DNA of 64,000 bases, taken from a candidate division FCPU426 bacterium. Lineage in GTDB: Bacteria; Oederibacteriota; Muellerivitia; Muellerivitales; Muellerivitaceae. Below, piece after piece: positions 52,407 through 64,000 of the stretch. The position numbers and the translations under genes were made by a program. The stretch covers positions 1-64,000 of the forward strand of contig CAWHOE010000006.1 in assembly GCA_963830915.1 (NCBI GenBank), given 5' to 3'. The notes beneath the pieces were generated by a model that ran no database searches, was not told where the DNA came from, and saw only the letters and a program-made list of their open reading frames with translations. Positions within the stretch are counted from its first letter, which is position 1, and each line of letters opens with the position of its first letter.

Positions 52407-53690
52407 TTATTTCTTATAGAACTTCGCGTTGACATCCGCGGTCACCTTGGTCAAGGCCGCTTTCGCCGTCTCATCCCCGGTCCAGACCCGGTCCAGGGCG
52501 GATTCCACCATGGCCTTCCATTCGGTCACGTTGGGATCGAATGGTTGGAAGTGCCCGCTCTTCACCGAATCCACGAGGAAATTCTTGGATTTCGGGTCCT
52601 GCCCATCCAGGAAGGCCGGCGAGTCGGCCAGCGCCTTCATGGCGGGCTGGGTCAAGCCGGTGGCGGCCATGAGCTTCTGGCCCGTGGCGCCGGAGAGATA
52701 TTTCACCAGTTCGTAGGCCAGATCCGGATTTTTGCAGTTCTTCAGGATGCCGTATCCCGCGGCGCTCATGGGGAAAGCCCGGATGCCCGTGGGCCCGGCC
52801 GGGAACTCCACCACGTCCCATCCGAATGTCTTGATCTGGCGCATGGTCGGGACCTTCCAGATACCGCAGTAATACATGGCCACGGTACCGTTCATGAACA
52901 GGTCGGAGTTGCCCAACCCTCCCATGGCGGTCATGGCCGAGGGGCTCGGCATGACGCCGTACTTGTTAATGAGGTTCGACCTGAACTGGACACCCTCGAT
53001 GGCTTTCGGGTCATCCAGCGTACAGCGGGTGGGCTTCTTCTCGTTGTCCACCAGGCTCCCGCCGTTGGCGTAGACCCAGGCGTCCCAGATCACCCAATCG
53101 TCGATGAAGCCGTACTGGATCACCTTGCCCGCCGCGTCCTTCTTGGTAAGCTTCATGGCCGTGGCCAGGAATTGCTTGCGGTCCCAATCGTTCTTCGGAT
53201 AGGCCAACCCGGCCTCGTCGAATTTCTTCTTGTTGTAATAGATCACGTTGATGGGGGCGATATCCCGGGGCAGGACCTCCAGCATCCCGTCCGCGGTGTA
53301 ATGGTCGATGGCTTCCGGGTAGAAATCCGTCAGTTTGAGGGTGGTATCCTTGTCCACGTAGGGCTTCAGGTCCACGAACACCCCGCGGGTGGAGAAGGCG
53401 ACCATCTGTTCGGCGTTCACCGCCATCACGTCGGGGGCGATGCCCGCCGAGTACTGGGTGAGGACCTTGGTGATGTATTCGTTATAAGGCACCCGCTGCA
53501 TCTGCACCTCGACGCCCGGATGGACCTTGTTGAACTCGTTCACGGCGGCCTGGAGGATCTTGGCTTCCTCCACATCGCCCCAGCCGATGCATTTTAGCAC
53601 CACGCCGGAATCTTTCTTCGCGCAACTGGACATTCCCATCCCAACGGCGAACAGGGCCAGTACCAGGATCAACCGACCGAATCTTGTCAT
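52407..53690 (-). CDS. ABC transporter sugar-binding lipoprotein (SBP family 1)
   Basis: Lipobox MSSC; APDVM, DLKPY, IYYNKKKFDEAGL, FMNGTVAM. Confidence 0.9.
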   Translation of the reverse strand: MTRFGRLILVLALFAVGMGMSSCAKKDSGVVLKCIGWGDVEEAKILQAAVNEFNKVHPGVEVQMQRVPYNEYITKVLTQYSAGIAPDVMAVNAEQMVAFSTRGVFVDLKPYVDKDTTLKLTDFYPEAIDHYTADGMLEVLPRDIAPINVIYYNKKKFDEAGLAYPKNDWDRKQFLATAMKLTKKDAAGKVIQYGFIDDWVIWDAWVYANGGSLVDNEKKPTRCTLDDPKAIEGVQFRSNLINKYGVMPSPSAMTAMGGLGNSDLFMNGTVAMYYCGIWKVPTMRQIKTFGWDVVEFPAGPTGIRAFPMSAAGYGILKNCKNPDLAYELVKYLSGATGQKLMAATGLTQPAMKALADSPAFLDGQDPKSKNFLVDSVKSGHFQPFDPNVTEWKAMVESALDRVWTGDETAKAALTKVTADVNAKFYKK

Positions 53691-53742
53691 CGTTCCCTCC
53701 TCGAAATAGAAAACCGCACGGACCACATTATACCTATACGGC

Positions 53743-53754
53743 TAAAACGGTTTA
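53743..53754. promoter_or_regulatory. Putative LacI operator TAAAACGGTTTA
   Basis: About 55 bp upstream of the SBP start; matches the recurring palindrome. Confidence 0.55.
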
Positions 53755-53798
53755 AGTTAATTACGGACCCCAACCAACATGAAAAATAAAGGAACCGC

Positions 53799-56700
53799 TT
53801 AACGGACGACCAATAACTTGCCGATGGAACGGCCCGTGTTGGTGTGGACCACCACGTAATAGACGCCGCTGGCCAAGGGTTTCTTCCATTTATCCACCAG
53901 GGCGAGCGCGCAATCGGTCCCGCAAGGGATCTGGTAATAGGTGTTCTCCTGGACCTTCCGGAAGGCCGTGGTGAAAACCTGGATCTTCACGTCCGAGAGG
54001 CCGTAATAAGCGGGGGGTCTAACCCGGACCGGCACTGTGCCGTCCGCCGGATTGGGATAAACGACAGGAACGCTATAGAGGGGCGCGCTGGGTGTGCTGG
54101 TATCGGTCGGGGTCGAGGTCCAGGTGAAGGTATTGGTCACGGAGGGCGTGAAGGTCGGGGTGAAGGTCCAGGTCGGCGTCCAGGTCAGGGTAAATGTCGC
54201 GGTCCATGTAAAGGTCGGCGTCCAGGAAGGCGTGAAGGTCTTGGTGGGGGTATTGGTCACGGTGGCGGTGTTGGTCGGGGTGAAGGTATTCGTGGAAGTG
54301 GACGAATTGGTGGGCGTCATGGTCAGGGTGGGGGTATCGGTGACCGTGGCGGTGAAGGTCAGGGTGGGCGTATAGGTCAGGGTCGGGGTGTTGGAGGCTG
54401 TGGCCGTATCGGTCGAGGTGGCGGTCATGGTGGGAGTAAAGGTCAAGGTCGGGGTCAGGGTTTGGGTGGGCGTGAAGGTCATGGTCGGAGTATCGGTCAG
54501 GGTCGGGCTGTTGGTCGGCGTGGGCGAAAGGGTAGGGGTCTTGGTCGGGGTGGCCGTGAAGGTAAAGGTCGGGGTGGAGGTCAGGGTAGGCGTCAGGGTG
54601 ATGGTCGGGGTGGAGGTCGCCGTGAGAGTATCCGTGAGGGTCGAGGTGTTGGTGGGCGTGAAGGAATTGACCGGGGTATTGGTGGCCGTACTCGTGTCGG
54701 TGCTGGTCGGGGTCTTGGTCGAGGTGGACGTACCCGTATTGGTCGGGGACGGACTGTTGGTCGGACTGAGAGTGGGTGTTTGGGTAGGCGTCGAGGTGGC
54801 CGAGAAGGCGGAGGTCGGGCTGTTCGTGGGCGTGGAAGTGCCCGTGGGGGTTGGCGTGGCGGTGCTGGTATTGCCGGTGGTGGCCGAGGGTGTATAGGTG
54901 GAAGTCGCGGTAAGGGTCGGGGTCCAGGTCGGGAGGTCTCCCCCGACGCAAAGCGAGTCGATATAAAAATCACCCGTATAAGTTCCAGACCAACCGCCGG
55001 GAGGCGCGATCTTGACCCCAAGTTCCAGGATATCGGAATGATTATCGCCGGCCATCACGGAAACTGGGTAATTCACGTTGAAGGATAATGTCGTCCATCC
55101 ACCTTTTTGAAGATTGGTCCAAGGGCCGTTCTCCCAAACCCATCCCGCGCCCGACTTGATATAGAGATAACCTCCGGTCAAACCGCCGGTCGTGGTATTG
55201 CCGGGGGCGTCCAGGGGAGCGTAAACATGGGCCGTCAAGGTCTGGCCCACCAGGTCCACATACGAAGCAAGTGGAGAATCGGTTCCCACATTGCCGCCGT
55301 TCGTGTCGATGAAACTCACCGCGATCTGCAAAGAACCATTCCCGGCGTAAGCCTTGGTCGTGCTCTGGGTGGCGCCGGTGACCTCTCCATACAAGGTGGT
55401 CCAGCCTTGCACATTACCCGTTTGTTCCCAGTTATAACCGCAAGAATCGGCCGGATTGACCGTGGCTGTAGCGGTGGGGGTAGGCGTAGCCGTGGGCAGG
55501 ATAACCCCCGGAATATTGATGGAATCGATATAAATGGGTCCGGTCGTTCCCACATAGGGCGTCTCATTGAAGACCTGAACACCGAACTTATAGACCGGGG
55601 TGACAAAAGCCCCGGCGGTGGAAAGGTCCCAGGTCACCTGGGTCCATACCCCGGGTACCAACGCGGTCACGCTGCTGGTCACGAATATCCAGGAAACACC
55701 TTGTTGATAATTCATGAATAATTTGGCCCCGTAATTGGTGGCGGTGGCCGGGACCATGACCCAGGCCGAGGCGATACCGGAGGTGGCGGGCGAGACGTTC
55801 ATCACGTCGATGGCCGCGGTCGAGAGGGTCACAGCGCTGAAATTGACTGTCAGGGCCGTTCCGCCCGAGCCCAGATAAGCCGCCGGGGGGCCGCTCCAGA
55901 CCAAAGCCGTTCCTTGGGGTCCGATGGAGGTATCGTTCGCCCATCCCATGGTATTGACCTCGAAATTATAGAGGGAGGGATCGCTGGTGACCGGCGTATT
56001 GGTGATGGTGAAGGTCGCGGTAGGGGTATTGGTGGGAGGCAAGCTGGCCAGTGATATCTTGACCGCGATATCGGCGTTTCCCGTGGCGGGAATGGTGGTC
56101 GTCAAGGTCCCGCTGTTGGAAGTGACGGTGACCGGAGTGGCCAGGAAGGCCCCGGTCCAGGTGTTGTACCACTGGAGGGCGTAGGACCCGTTGCTCAGGC
56201 CCTGGAAAGTGAAGGTCTCGCCATCCACCACGCCGCCGCTATTCTTGTTCTGCACCCAAGCCACGCCAAAATTGGAGGTCTTCAAACCCCAGCCGTAGGA
56301 ATTGCCGCCGGACGCCGTAACCGTCGCCTGGCTGAGGGCCAGGGTTGAAAAGCTGATCCCGGACACGAAATTGCGGAGATTGAGCGTCTGGGTGAACATC
56401 CCAGCGGTCATGTCCGGCCAGGAGGAACCATCGCACCAGGTCAGGGCCGAGATGGCCGCGCCACCGGAGAAGGAACCCCAAAGACCGTTGTGGATGAAGG
56501 TAGGCTGGAGGCCTGAATTGTTCGTCCCGAATTCCCCGATGAGATTGGGCTTCACCTGGTTGTTCCACATGGAGACGCTCCAGTTGGCGGTCGTGGAACC
56601 GATGCCGATGGCGTCGCCCTCGGAGGCGTAGGTGTGCATGTCCGGCATGTCCACGATGGAATACCCATTGCTCCAGAATTGGTCCCCCGACTGGCTGGCG

Positions 56701-57683
56701 GCGGTCAAATGGTTGTAAGGATCGTTGGTCTTGAAGTAATTCTGCATGTTCTGCACCCAGGTCTCGCAGGCCGAGGACCCGACCGAACCCCAGGCGTCGA
56801 TGCTGTTGATCTCCGAGACGAAATCCCAGCACAAGAGGCTTTCGCTGTAACCCCACCGGGCGATCATGTAGCGGTAAGCGTTCTGCTGGTAGGACACCGC
56901 CGATGAGTTCGTGCAGAACTGGGTAGAACTGATGATGCTGTCGTAAGGATTGCTTCCCCAAGCCAGCGAGCTTTGCAGGATGTCATGGGGCCAGATGACG
57001 AAATCGATGTAGACGCCGTTCGAGTCGGCGGTGCTCAGGATGTTATCCAGCGCGGTGCAGGCGGTCTGGTCGTATTTACCCAGCCCGGAATTCTGGGATT
57101 CGATCAACCCATTGGAACCGTAGGTGCTGTTCCAGTAAAGCAGGACGTTCTCCCCGTTGGAGGCCATGGTGGAGAAGCTGGTCAAAGGGGTCCAGGCCCG
57201 ATCGTGGCCGATCCCGTAGAAAGCGGTGCTGTCGTCCAACTGAAGGTACCGGTTGTTCACCGAGGATTTCTCGACCCAGCCATGCGCCCCGCTGGCGTTC
57301 ACCGTCAAGGGCCGGGAAGCGGAGGAGATGGGCCCGCCGGTCGAGTCGGTCACCCGGACCACATAGTTATAGACACCCGTCTGTTTGGCGGCGAAACGAA
57401 TGAGCCACTGACTTCCGTTATAGAAACCATTCACGGTGATGGGGTTTCCAGCCGGAGGTGTGAAGATGGCGTTCAGGTCCACCCCTCCCTGGGCCGGGAT
57501 GGGATTGTAAGCGTTGGTCGTGGTCACGTTCATCGCGACCGTTACTTCAAACTTAGCGTACTTTCCGACCGGGTTGCTATTCTCCGAAAAAGAGGTAAAG
57601 GAAGGGGCGGCCAAAAGGGTTGTCACGCCCAAGAGGTAAAAAGCGGGAAACAAGATTAAACGTTTTAGTTGTTGGGTCGTCAT
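53799..57683 (-). CDS. Secreted modular glycosidase: DUF5060-like + clan GH-A (GH5-like) domain + two CBM-like modules + TP linker + T9SS-like CTD
   Basis: VGKYAKFEV...[37 protein letters not shown] modules; PVVYPNP...LASGVYYV...GKLLVVR. Confidence 0.78.
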   Translation of the reverse strand: MTTQQLKRLILFPAFYLLGVTTLLAAPSFTSFSENSNPVGKYAKFEVTVAMNVTTTNAYNPIPAQGGVDLNAIFTPPAGNPITVNGFYNGSQWLIRFAAKQTGVYNYVVRVTDSTGGPISSASRPLTVNASGAHGWVEKSSVNNRYLQLDDSTAFYGIGHDRAWTPLTSFSTMASNGENVLLYWNSTYGSNGLIESQNSGLGKYDQTACTALDNILSTADSNGVYIDFVIWPHDILQSSLAWGSNPYDSIISSTQFCTNSSAVSYQQNAYRYMIARWGYSESLLCWDFVSEINSIDAWGSVGSSACETWVQNMQNYFKTNDPYNHLTAASQSGDQFWSNGYSIVDMPDMHTYASEGDAIGIGSTTANWSVSMWNNQVKPNLIGEFGTNNSGLQPTFIHNGLWGSFSGGAAISALTWCDGSSWPDMTAGMFTQTLNLRNFVSGISFSTLALSQATVTASGGNSYGWGLKTSNFGVAWVQNKNSGGVVDGETFTFQGLSNGSYALQWYNTWTGAFLATPVTVTSNSGTLTTTIPATGNADIAVKISLASLPPTNTPTATFTITNTPVTSDPSLYNFEVNTMGWANDTSIGPQGTALVWSGPPAAYLGSGGTALTVNFSAVTLSTAAIDVMNVSPATSGIASAWVMVPATATNYGAKLFMNYQQGVSWIFVTSSVTALVPGVWTQVTWDLSTAGAFVTPVYKFGVQVFNETPYVGTTGPIYIDSINIPGVILPTATPTPTATATVNPADSCGYNWEQTGNVQGWTTLYGEVTGATQSTTKAYAGNGSLQIAVSFIDTNGGNVGTDSPLASYVDLVGQTLTAHVYAPLDAPGNTTTGGLTGGYLYIKSGAGWVWENGPWTNLQKGGWTTLSFNVNYPVSVMAGDNHSDILELGVKIAPPGGWSGTYTGDFYIDSLCVGGDLPTWTPTLTATSTYTPSATTGNTSTATPTPTGTSTPTNSPTSAFSATSTPTQTPTLSPTNSPSPTNTGTSTSTKTPTSTDTSTATNTPVNSFTPTNTSTLTDTLTATSTPTITLTPTLTSTPTFTFTATPTKTPTLSPTPTNSPTLTDTPTMTFTPTQTLTPTLTFTPTMTATSTDTATASNTPTLTYTPTLTFTATVTDTPTLTMTPTNSSTSTNTFTPTNTATVTNTPTKTFTPSWTPTFTWTATFTLTWTPTWTFTPTFTPSVTNTFTWTSTPTDTSTPSAPLYSVPVVYPNPADGTVPVRVRPPAYYGLSDVKIQVFTTAFRKVQENTYYQIPCGTDCALALVDKWKKPLASGVYYVVVHTNTGRSIGKLLVVR

Positions 57684-57769
57684 ATACCTTCCTTGGGCCT
57701 TTGGATCGCGAAATAAGATGTGGTTTTAAGTTCCTGATCGACGTGTCAAAAGCGTTACAGGCCAGTCAT

Positions 57770-57781
57770 TAAATCGTTTTA
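57770..57781. promoter_or_regulatory. Putative LacI operator TAAATCGTTTTA (a second site, TTAAACGTTTTA, at 57656-57667 lies in the 5' coding region)
   Basis: Upstream of the gene starting at 57683; matches the recurring palindrome. Confidence 0.55.
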
Positions 57782-57921
57782 ATAGCTGATATAAACATAC
57801 CATTATTTTGGGGTTCGTCAAGCCTGCTTTAGGGTTTTTAGGGGTTTAAAAAGGGAGAAAACAAATAAAAAAGGGCTCCCCGAGAGAATTCGGAGAGACC
57901 CGTATTTCCTCGATCCGGGCC

Positions 57922-60320
57922 TTACCAGCCCATGATGGTCCGAATATTGGTGTTTCCGTTGATGTAGGTCCCGGCATTGTCATCCAGGAAGTTCGCGATG
58001 ATCGTATGGCCCGCGATGGTCGGGTGGGTGTTGTCCCCCACGAATTCCCCGCTGGTCAGCAGGGCCGAGGGCGAGTTGAGCGAGACGTAATAGACCTTGG
58101 AGTCCCCGCCCGAATTGGCCTGCGTGACCACATCCTGGATATAGGTGCTGACCGGCGCTCCCATGGTCTCCACCCAGCTGGGGACAGGCTCGGAGCAGAA
58201 GATGACCGCGTTCGGGTAATCGGCCCGAAGTTGGGTCACGAAACCCGCGTAGGCCGTCTCCCATTCGCTCTGCGTGGGGATGGGCGTGGTCGAGAAGTCG
58301 TTGGTGCCCAGGGCGATATAGACCGCGTCCGCCTGCCAGTTCGAGAAATTCCAGAGGGGCGAGGCGTTATTGAAGTTCGTCCTGGGGAACACATCAGGAA
58401 GATGCAGTTGGGTCGGGGGCAAGGCTTCCCCGTAATTCCGATAGAGACCCCACCCTGACTTGGAGATGGTCCGCACCTCGGCGTTCACCATTCGGGCGAA
58501 CTGTGGCCCATAGGCCATCCATCCGTTCTCGTACATGGACGCTGAGTTGGTCGGGGACATTTCGTCACTGTAGCCGCAGGTGATGGAGTCCCCGATGAAC
58601 TCGATCTTGTGGGCCGGTCTCGCCGGCGGGGCCGCCAGGGTCGCGCTTGTATCAAGGGTGAACCCCCCGAACGTGCTGGTTCCGATACCTCCCTCGGTCA
58701 ATCTTTCCAGGAGGACCGAATGGGTTCCGTTCGCCAAACCTGTGGCCAGGCTGATCGCCTCCATATTGTAAGTGGCGGTGAAGGTCGTGGGCGTCCCGCC
58801 GTCGATGGAACAGGTAAAGTAATTGTATCCGCTGGCGGAGTCCGACATGCTCACCCCCAGGCTGGTCCCGTTGAAATTAGCCTCGATGTAGCAGTTCCCC
58901 CATCCGGCCGTCGGGGCCAGGGGCGCGGTGAAATCCCACCGGCCAAAATAAAGGATGTTGGGATCGTTGGCGTTGCCGGGTGTATAGATGACCGTGGGGG
59001 TTATGGTGGGGGAGTTGGTGTAAGTGGCCGTGGGCCCTCCCGGCGTCCAGGTCGGGGTGGGGCTGTTGGTCACGGTCGGGCTCAGCGTGTTCGTCGGCGT
59101 GGCCCCGCCGGTGATATTCACCGAGTCGATGTAGATGGTCCCAGTCCAGGAACCGGCGTAGGTACCGGGCGGCGCGAAGGCGACCCCGATGGCGTCCACA
59201 TTCGTCAGGTCAGGCGTACCGGCCGCTGTAAAGGCCGGATTGGAGGTATCGAAGGTCAAGGTATTCCAGGCGCCGGGCGTGAAATTGACCCAGGCGCTGT
59301 TCTGCCATACCCATCCCGTACCGCTCTGGATGTAGATATATCCCCCGCCCAGTCCGGAGACTGGATAATTGGCCGGCACCCAGACGTGGGCCGTGATGGT
59401 TTTCCCCGCCAGGTTGGTCACCAGCGGGGACTGGGTCCCTACCGACGTGCCCGTGCTTCCGTTGAAACTCACCCCGACCGCCAGGGAGTGGGTCCCCAGG
59501 AACGCCTCGGTCGTGGAATTGGTAATGGATGTCACCTCGCTGTTCAGGGACACCGACCAGCTCATGGTCGTGCCATCCTCGAAAGGATAGGTGCGAGGGT
59601 ATCCCCTCCCGCGGGGGTATTGGTGAAGGTGAAAGTATAGGTTTTGGTAGGGGTCGAGGTGGCCGCTGGATTGGTATTGGTCGGGGTCATGGAAAAGGTC
59701 GAAGTGGCCGTGGAAGTCGAGGTTCCGGTCGAACTATTGGTCGGGGTGGGGGTCAGGGAAGGCGTCACGCCCGGGGGCAAGGTATAGGTCAAGGTGGGCG
59801 ACAAGGTCACGGTGGGCGTGAAGGATAGGGTAGCCGTGTTGGTAGGCGTTCCCGTGAATGTGAAGGTAAAGGTGGGCGTATTGGAGGGTGTCACACCCGG
59901 GGGAAGGGTGTTGGTCACGGTTGGGGAAAGGGTGAAGGTCGGGGTATTGGTGAAGGTATTTGTCGGCCCGGCGGGAATGGTGTTGGTCGGGGTATAAGAG
60001 AAGGTGGGGGTATAAGTAACGGTAAAGGTGTAAGTGGAAGTCCCGGTGAACGTGAATGTGCTCGTGTACGGCGGGATGGCCGTAAAAGTGGGTGTGGCCG
60101 TGTCGACCGGCGTGATGGTACCCGATTGGGTCGGGGTGCCGTTAAGGGTGGAGGTATTGGTGGGGGTCCAGGTGTAGATCTTGTATTCGGGCACGGTGGG
60201 AACGACCGCCATTTGTCGGGAACAACCGACAGACAGGAGAAGGGTGATACCCCCCAGGATCCCGACGCTTGCCATGATCCGCCGTCCCATAGGACGGGAA
60301 GCTTTTTTGAATTCCTTCAT
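57922..60320 (-). pseudogene. Frameshifted lipoprotein: TP linker + CBM-like module + CE2-like SGNH acetylesterase
   Basis: ORFs 59562-60320 (lipobox VGC) and 57922-59565 join if one base is added near 59590 (GCA CC TAT CCT TTC GAG gives YPFEDGTTMSW); YFGRW, GDSITCGY, LGTND, HP motifs. Confidence 0.8.
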
Positions 60321-60324
60321 GACG

Positions 60325-63300
60325 TTACCTCAAGATGAGAAGTTTACTGATGCCACGGCCGCTGGAAGTGGTCACCACCACATAGTAAATACCATTGGAT
60401 AATGTCGCGTTCATCTTGTCCTTCAGGTCCAACGGACAATCCGTTCCCGCGGGTACCTGGGAGAACTTGCTTTCCTTGACCTTCCGGAACCCGATCGTGA
60501 ATATCTGGACCTTCACATCCGATACCCCGTGATAAGCGGGAGGCCGGACCAGGACCGGCACGGTCCCGTCCGCCGGGTTGGGATAAAGAACAGGCACACT
60601 TCCCGGAGTGGGGGTATTGGCCGGGGGAGTGCCCGTAGGTGTGTCGGTGATGGTGGGTGTGTCGGTGATCGTCGGGGTATCGGTGATCGTTGGCGTGTTG
60701 GTCGGCGTATAGGAAAGCGTGGGCGTGAAGGTGGAGGTGAAGGTATAGGTCGAGGTGAAGGTGTAGGTCCAGGTAGGGGTGTAGGTGGAGGTTTGGGTCC
60801 TGGTGAAGGTGTTGGTGCTGGTCCATATCTGGGTATCGGTCATGGTGGCGGTGAAAGTGGGCGTCCCGGAATCGGTTGGGGTCGCTGTCAGGGTCGGGGT
60901 GTAGGTTTGGGTCGGCGACAAGGTCGACGTGGCGCTGTTCGTGGGAGTACCCGAGTTGGTCGGGCTATAAGTCATCGTGGGCGTAGCCGAAGGCGTAGCG
61001 GTGAGGGACGCCGTAGGCGTCATCGAAACCGTCGCCGTGTTGGTCGGGGTATAGGAATTGACCGGAGTGCTGGTGGATGTGGCTGTGCCCGTGTTCGTGG
61101 AGGTCAAGGCAGTCGTCGCCGTGGGGGATGGGGTAGCGGTCGGGCTCAGGGTCCAGGTGGAGGTTGAGCCGGTGGTCGGGGTATTGGTCGGCGTCCCCGT
61201 ATTGCCTACGTCCACCGAATCGATATAGATATTGCCCATCCATGTCCCTGAGGGGATGAATAAACCGATGCCCAGAGCGACCACGTCGGTCAGGTCCGGC
61301 GTGCCGATGGTCGTGACCGGGCTGGCCGTATTGAAGGTGATCGTGGTCCAGGCGCCCGGCGTCAGGGTGAAAAGACCGCCTTGCTGCCAGGCCCATCCCG
61401 AACCGCTTTGGATATAGATGTCGGCGCTGCCGCCGGAGGGAAAGTTCGAGGGAACCCAAACCCGGGCCACGATCGTCTTACCCACCAGGTTGGTCACCAG
61501 GGGAGACTGGGTCCCGATACCGGTGGCGGTCGTACTGCTGTAATTCAGGCTGACCTGGAGCGAACGCGCCCCCCAGTAGGCTTCGGTCGTGGAATTGGCG
61601 ACCCCGGTCACCGTGTTGTTCAACGAAACTCCCCATCCCATGGTCGTCCCGTTCTCGAAGGGATAGAGGGTCGGGTCGCTGGAGGTGGCGGTAGGGGTGG
61701 GGGTAAAGGTGAAGGTGGCGGTGGCCGTATTGGTGGGGCTGTACCAGGTGCCGGTAGGGGTAGGGGTGGCGGTGAAATTGTTCACACCCGTACCTTGGAT
61801 ATAGATGGTATAGGGGGTTTTAGTGGAGGTGTTTGAGGGGATCTGCAGGATAGCCGTCCGCAGACCCATGGCTCCCGGCAGGAACTGGACCTGGAAAGTG
61901 GTGCTGGACCCAGGCGAAAGGACCGTCTGGGAGGGCTGGGTTACGACCGAGTAGTCGGAGGCGTTCGTCCCCAGGAACCTGATGTAGTTATTGGCCCCTC
62001 CCGTCAGGGTCAGGGGCGCTCCCGCGGCGGAATCGTTCTGGATGGTGAAGGTTTCGGTAACGGGCTGGGTCAAGCCCACGTTCCCGAAATCGGTCCCGTC
62101 GGTAGTCAAGGGCGTCAGGTTCATGTCCTGGATGGTGACACCCTTGCCCATCACGAATATGTTGGAAAAGTCATAGGTCTGGAAGGGCGACGCCAAATAA
62201 CCCTGGGTGTCCGAAAGATTGGCGATGGGACCCACCGGATCGACGGGATTGTAGTTCCAGGCGTAGCGCACCGAACCGGGACTGGGCACGGAAGGACTGC
62301 TCACGACGACCGTGTTGCCCGAGATCGTGGCGGTGGCCCAGACATAATTGGTGGTACCGACCGGGGCGATCTCGAAACAAGTGACCGGTTGGGCGTTGTT
62401 CGTGGAAAGTCCCGGGGTCCCGTTGGGGAAGGTGAAATAACAGGTGATCTGCGAGCCGTTGATCTGGTAGTGGTCGTACAGGGGACCAGTTTGGGTGAGA
62501 GGCGTGGAAGTCTGGCCGTAAACGACGCGCTGCATCCAGGGAACGAGCCTGGCGGCGAAGTCCTCCTTGTTGGGCGGATGATAGGCGTAAGCCGCGTTGC
62601 AATTGTACGCGTTGGGATTATCCCAGAAGTTGATGCTCATGCCCGTGAATGGCATTTTCAGGCAGTCGAACTGGCCCCACCGCACATCACCCCAAGGACT
62701 GTTCTGCAGGGGTTGGGAATCATCCGCCCAGGCCGGCTCGGTCAGGTCCGTGCAGCTGTTGTAGGTAGTGAGATTCTGCAACTGGACGACAAAAAAAGGC
62801 AGATTGGTATTCCACCACATGCGCCAGTCCCGGATCAGCGTCGCCATCAGGGTTTTGTAATCGGAGGATTGGATGTAGGGCCCCGTGCCCGACCCCAGAT
62901 TCCCGGCATTGGTCTCCCCCTGGTCCCAGGCGACCGCGCAGATGGTATAGGGCGTGACGGCGTAGATCATTCCGTTGAAGATGCCCGTCGGCCAAAAAGC
63001 GGAGGAACTTCCGGAGTAAGGGTGGCCCAGCGCGTTCGCCATCGCCGGTTCGTCCTGCAATCCCTGCAGGCTCACGAATTGCTCACAGCTCTGTCCGCCG
63101 TAGGCCGCCTCGATCAAACCGATGGGAATGTTCTCGGTTTGATAAAGGTCCCGGCCGAAATAAAAGGCAAGCCCGGAGAACATGGACATGGCGGCCGCGT
63201 TGGCGGGGGCGGGGCTGAACCAGTTGGTGCCAGCCGGGATGTCGGTGATCGGAGTTTGGGAGATGACATCCGGAAGATTGAGCAAGCGCATATTGGGAAA

Positions 63301-63801
63301 ATTAGCCGTAGCGGCGTCCGATCCGCCATTGGGAGTGCAAGCGAAGGTGACCGGCGGGGATCCAGCTTCGATGAACGTCAAGGGATACCACATATTGGAT
63401 TGACCGGAGCAAAGGTAAACATCCCCGACCACCACATTGGAGACGGAAACGGTGTTGGTTGGGCCTTGCGCCGTCAAAACCTGGCCGCTGGAGTTGGCGG
63501 TCATGGAAGCCAATGTCACGGCCCAGGAACCTGAGCTATTGGCCGCGCCCGAAACGGTTTGCCCATTGAAAGTGACCGTAACGGCCTCGCCCGAGTTGCC
63601 CGTGCCATAAACACGGACGGGAGTATTGCGTTGAAGGATGGCGTTGTTGTTGAAGATGTTGGCGAAAGCGATGGTGGCGGAGGCTGGATCCGTTATCGAA
63701 AAGACTAACAGCCCAAGTAATAAGAGGGTCATCGGCTTGAATAAATGGGACTCTGGTTTGAGCCTTCTGGCCTTGATAGGGTTCATTTCATTTCGATGCA
63801 T
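60325..63801 (-). CDS. Secreted SASA (sialate O-acetylesterase-family) esterase + Ig-like + CBM-like module + TP linker + T9SS-like CTD
   Basis: AILQRN, GDVYLCSGQSNM, WDQGETN, HPPNK, VRYAW; YPFENGTTMGW; PVLYPNP...SNGIYYV...SKLLILR. Confidence 0.85.
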   Translation of the reverse strand: MHRNEMNPIKARRLKPESHLFKPMTLLLLGLLVFSITDPASATIAFANIFNNNAILQRNTPVRVYGTGNSGEAVTVTFNGQTVSGAANSSGSWAVTLASMTANSSGQVLTAQGPTNTVSVSNVVVGDVYLCSGQSNMWYPLTFIEAGSPPVTFACTPNGGSDAATANFPNMRLLNLPDVISQTPITDIPAGTNWFSPAPANAAAMSMFSGLAFYFGRDLYQTENIPIGLIEAAYGGQSCEQFVSLQGLQDEPAMANALGHPYSGSSSAFWPTGIFNGMIYAVTPYTICAVAWDQGETNAGNLGSGTGPYIQSSDYKTLMATLIRDWRMWWNTNLPFFVVQLQNLTTYNSCTDLTEPAWADDSQPLQNSPWGDVRWGQFDCLKMPFTGMSINFWDNPNAYNCNAAYAYHPPNKEDFAARLVPWMQRVVYGQTSTPLTQTGPLYDHYQINGSQITCYFTFPNGTPGLSTNNAQPVTCFEIAPVGTTNYVWATATISGNTVVVSSPSVPSPGSVRYAWNYNPVDPVGPIANLSDTQGYLASPFQTYDFSNIFVMGKGVTIQDMNLTPLTTDGTDFGNVGLTQPVTETFTIQNDSAAGAPLTLTGGANNYIRFLGTNASDYSVVTQPSQTVLSPGSSTTFQVQFLPGAMGLRTAILQIPSNTSTKTPYTIYIQGTGVNNFTATPTPTGTWYSPTNTATATFTFTPTPTATSSDPTLYPFENGTTMGWGVSLNNTVTGVANSTTEAYWGARSLQVSLNYSSTTATGIGTQSPLVTNLVGKTIVARVWVPSNFPSGGSADIYIQSGSGWAWQQGGLFTLTPGAWTTITFNTASPVTTIGTPDLTDVVALGIGLFIPSGTWMGNIYIDSVDVGNTGTPTNTPTTGSTSTWTLSPTATPSPTATTALTSTNTGTATSTSTPVNSYTPTNTATVSMTPTASLTATPSATPTMTYSPTNSGTPTNSATSTLSPTQTYTPTLTATPTDSGTPTFTATMTDTQIWTSTNTFTRTQTSTYTPTWTYTFTSTYTFTSTFTPTLSYTPTNTPTITDTPTITDTPTITDTPTGTPPANTPTPGSVPVLYPNPADGTVPVLVRPPAYHGVSDVKVQIFTIGFRKVKESKFSQVPAGTDCPLDLKDKMNATLSNGIYYVVVTTSSGRGISKLLILR

Positions 63802-63845
63802 TTCCTGCCCCTTAAGGGAACCTAGGATCGGACTCGGACCATTAC

Positions 63846-63859
63846 TTAAAACGTTTTAA
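63846..63859. promoter_or_regulatory. Putative LacI operator TTAAAACGTTTTAA (second palindrome AAAAAACGTTTTTT at 63900-63913)
   Basis: Perfect 14-bp palindrome about 45 bp upstream of the esterase gene. Confidence 0.65.
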
Positions 63860-64000
63860 CTATAGATTAAATATACCTCTCCTTTATTTTTCCGGAGGGA
63901 AAAAACGTTTTTTCTAGCTATTTAAAAAGGGGGAAGCAGGGGTGTTTTCCTGATTTTAGGAGGATTTTCGTATGATCAGCTTGGGCTCATAGACAACGTG

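Overview
This is a GC-rich bacterial window with no rRNA, tRNA or CRISPR that I can support. Most of it is a split carbohydrate locus, probably for beta-mannan or glucomannan. The left arm (7.5-19.2 kb) carries two CBM-like lipoproteins, a tandem GH5 whose first domain looks catalytically dead, a 1432-aa protein with five CBM-like repeats fused to a probable outer-membrane beta-barrel, LacI, a HAD-type phosphomannomutase and GH130. The right arm (43.5-64 kb) carries GH44, a lyase-like lipoprotein, AraC, a second GH130, a sugar-binding lipoprotein, a GH5-like protein, a frameshifted CE2-like esterase and a SASA esterase. A recurring TAAAACGTTTTA-like palindrome links the two arms. No SusC/SusD pair is present. 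Five secreted proteins end in a Thr-Pro linker plus a T9SS/FlgD-like C-terminal domain, and a PorV-like gene is co-located with two of them. Between the arms lies an accessory region with an orphan antitoxin, an AKR/CMD/SDR/flavodoxin cluster, a 2-kb repeat-rich non-coding tract, and a ~13-kb block of giant Thr/Ala/Asn-repeat surface proteins bracketed by a duplicated 3' end of an SDR gene. Two families of tiny MITE-like elements are visible, one of which inserts into other palindromes with a CA duplication. Housekeeping genes at the left end are a YfhO-like protein, ilvD, a ROK kinase, a GH57 branching enzyme and a DUF4912 protein. The protein style resembles poorly characterised lineages such as FCPU426 or other FCB-related candidate phyla (inference only). 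All family names come from motif recognition, not database searches.
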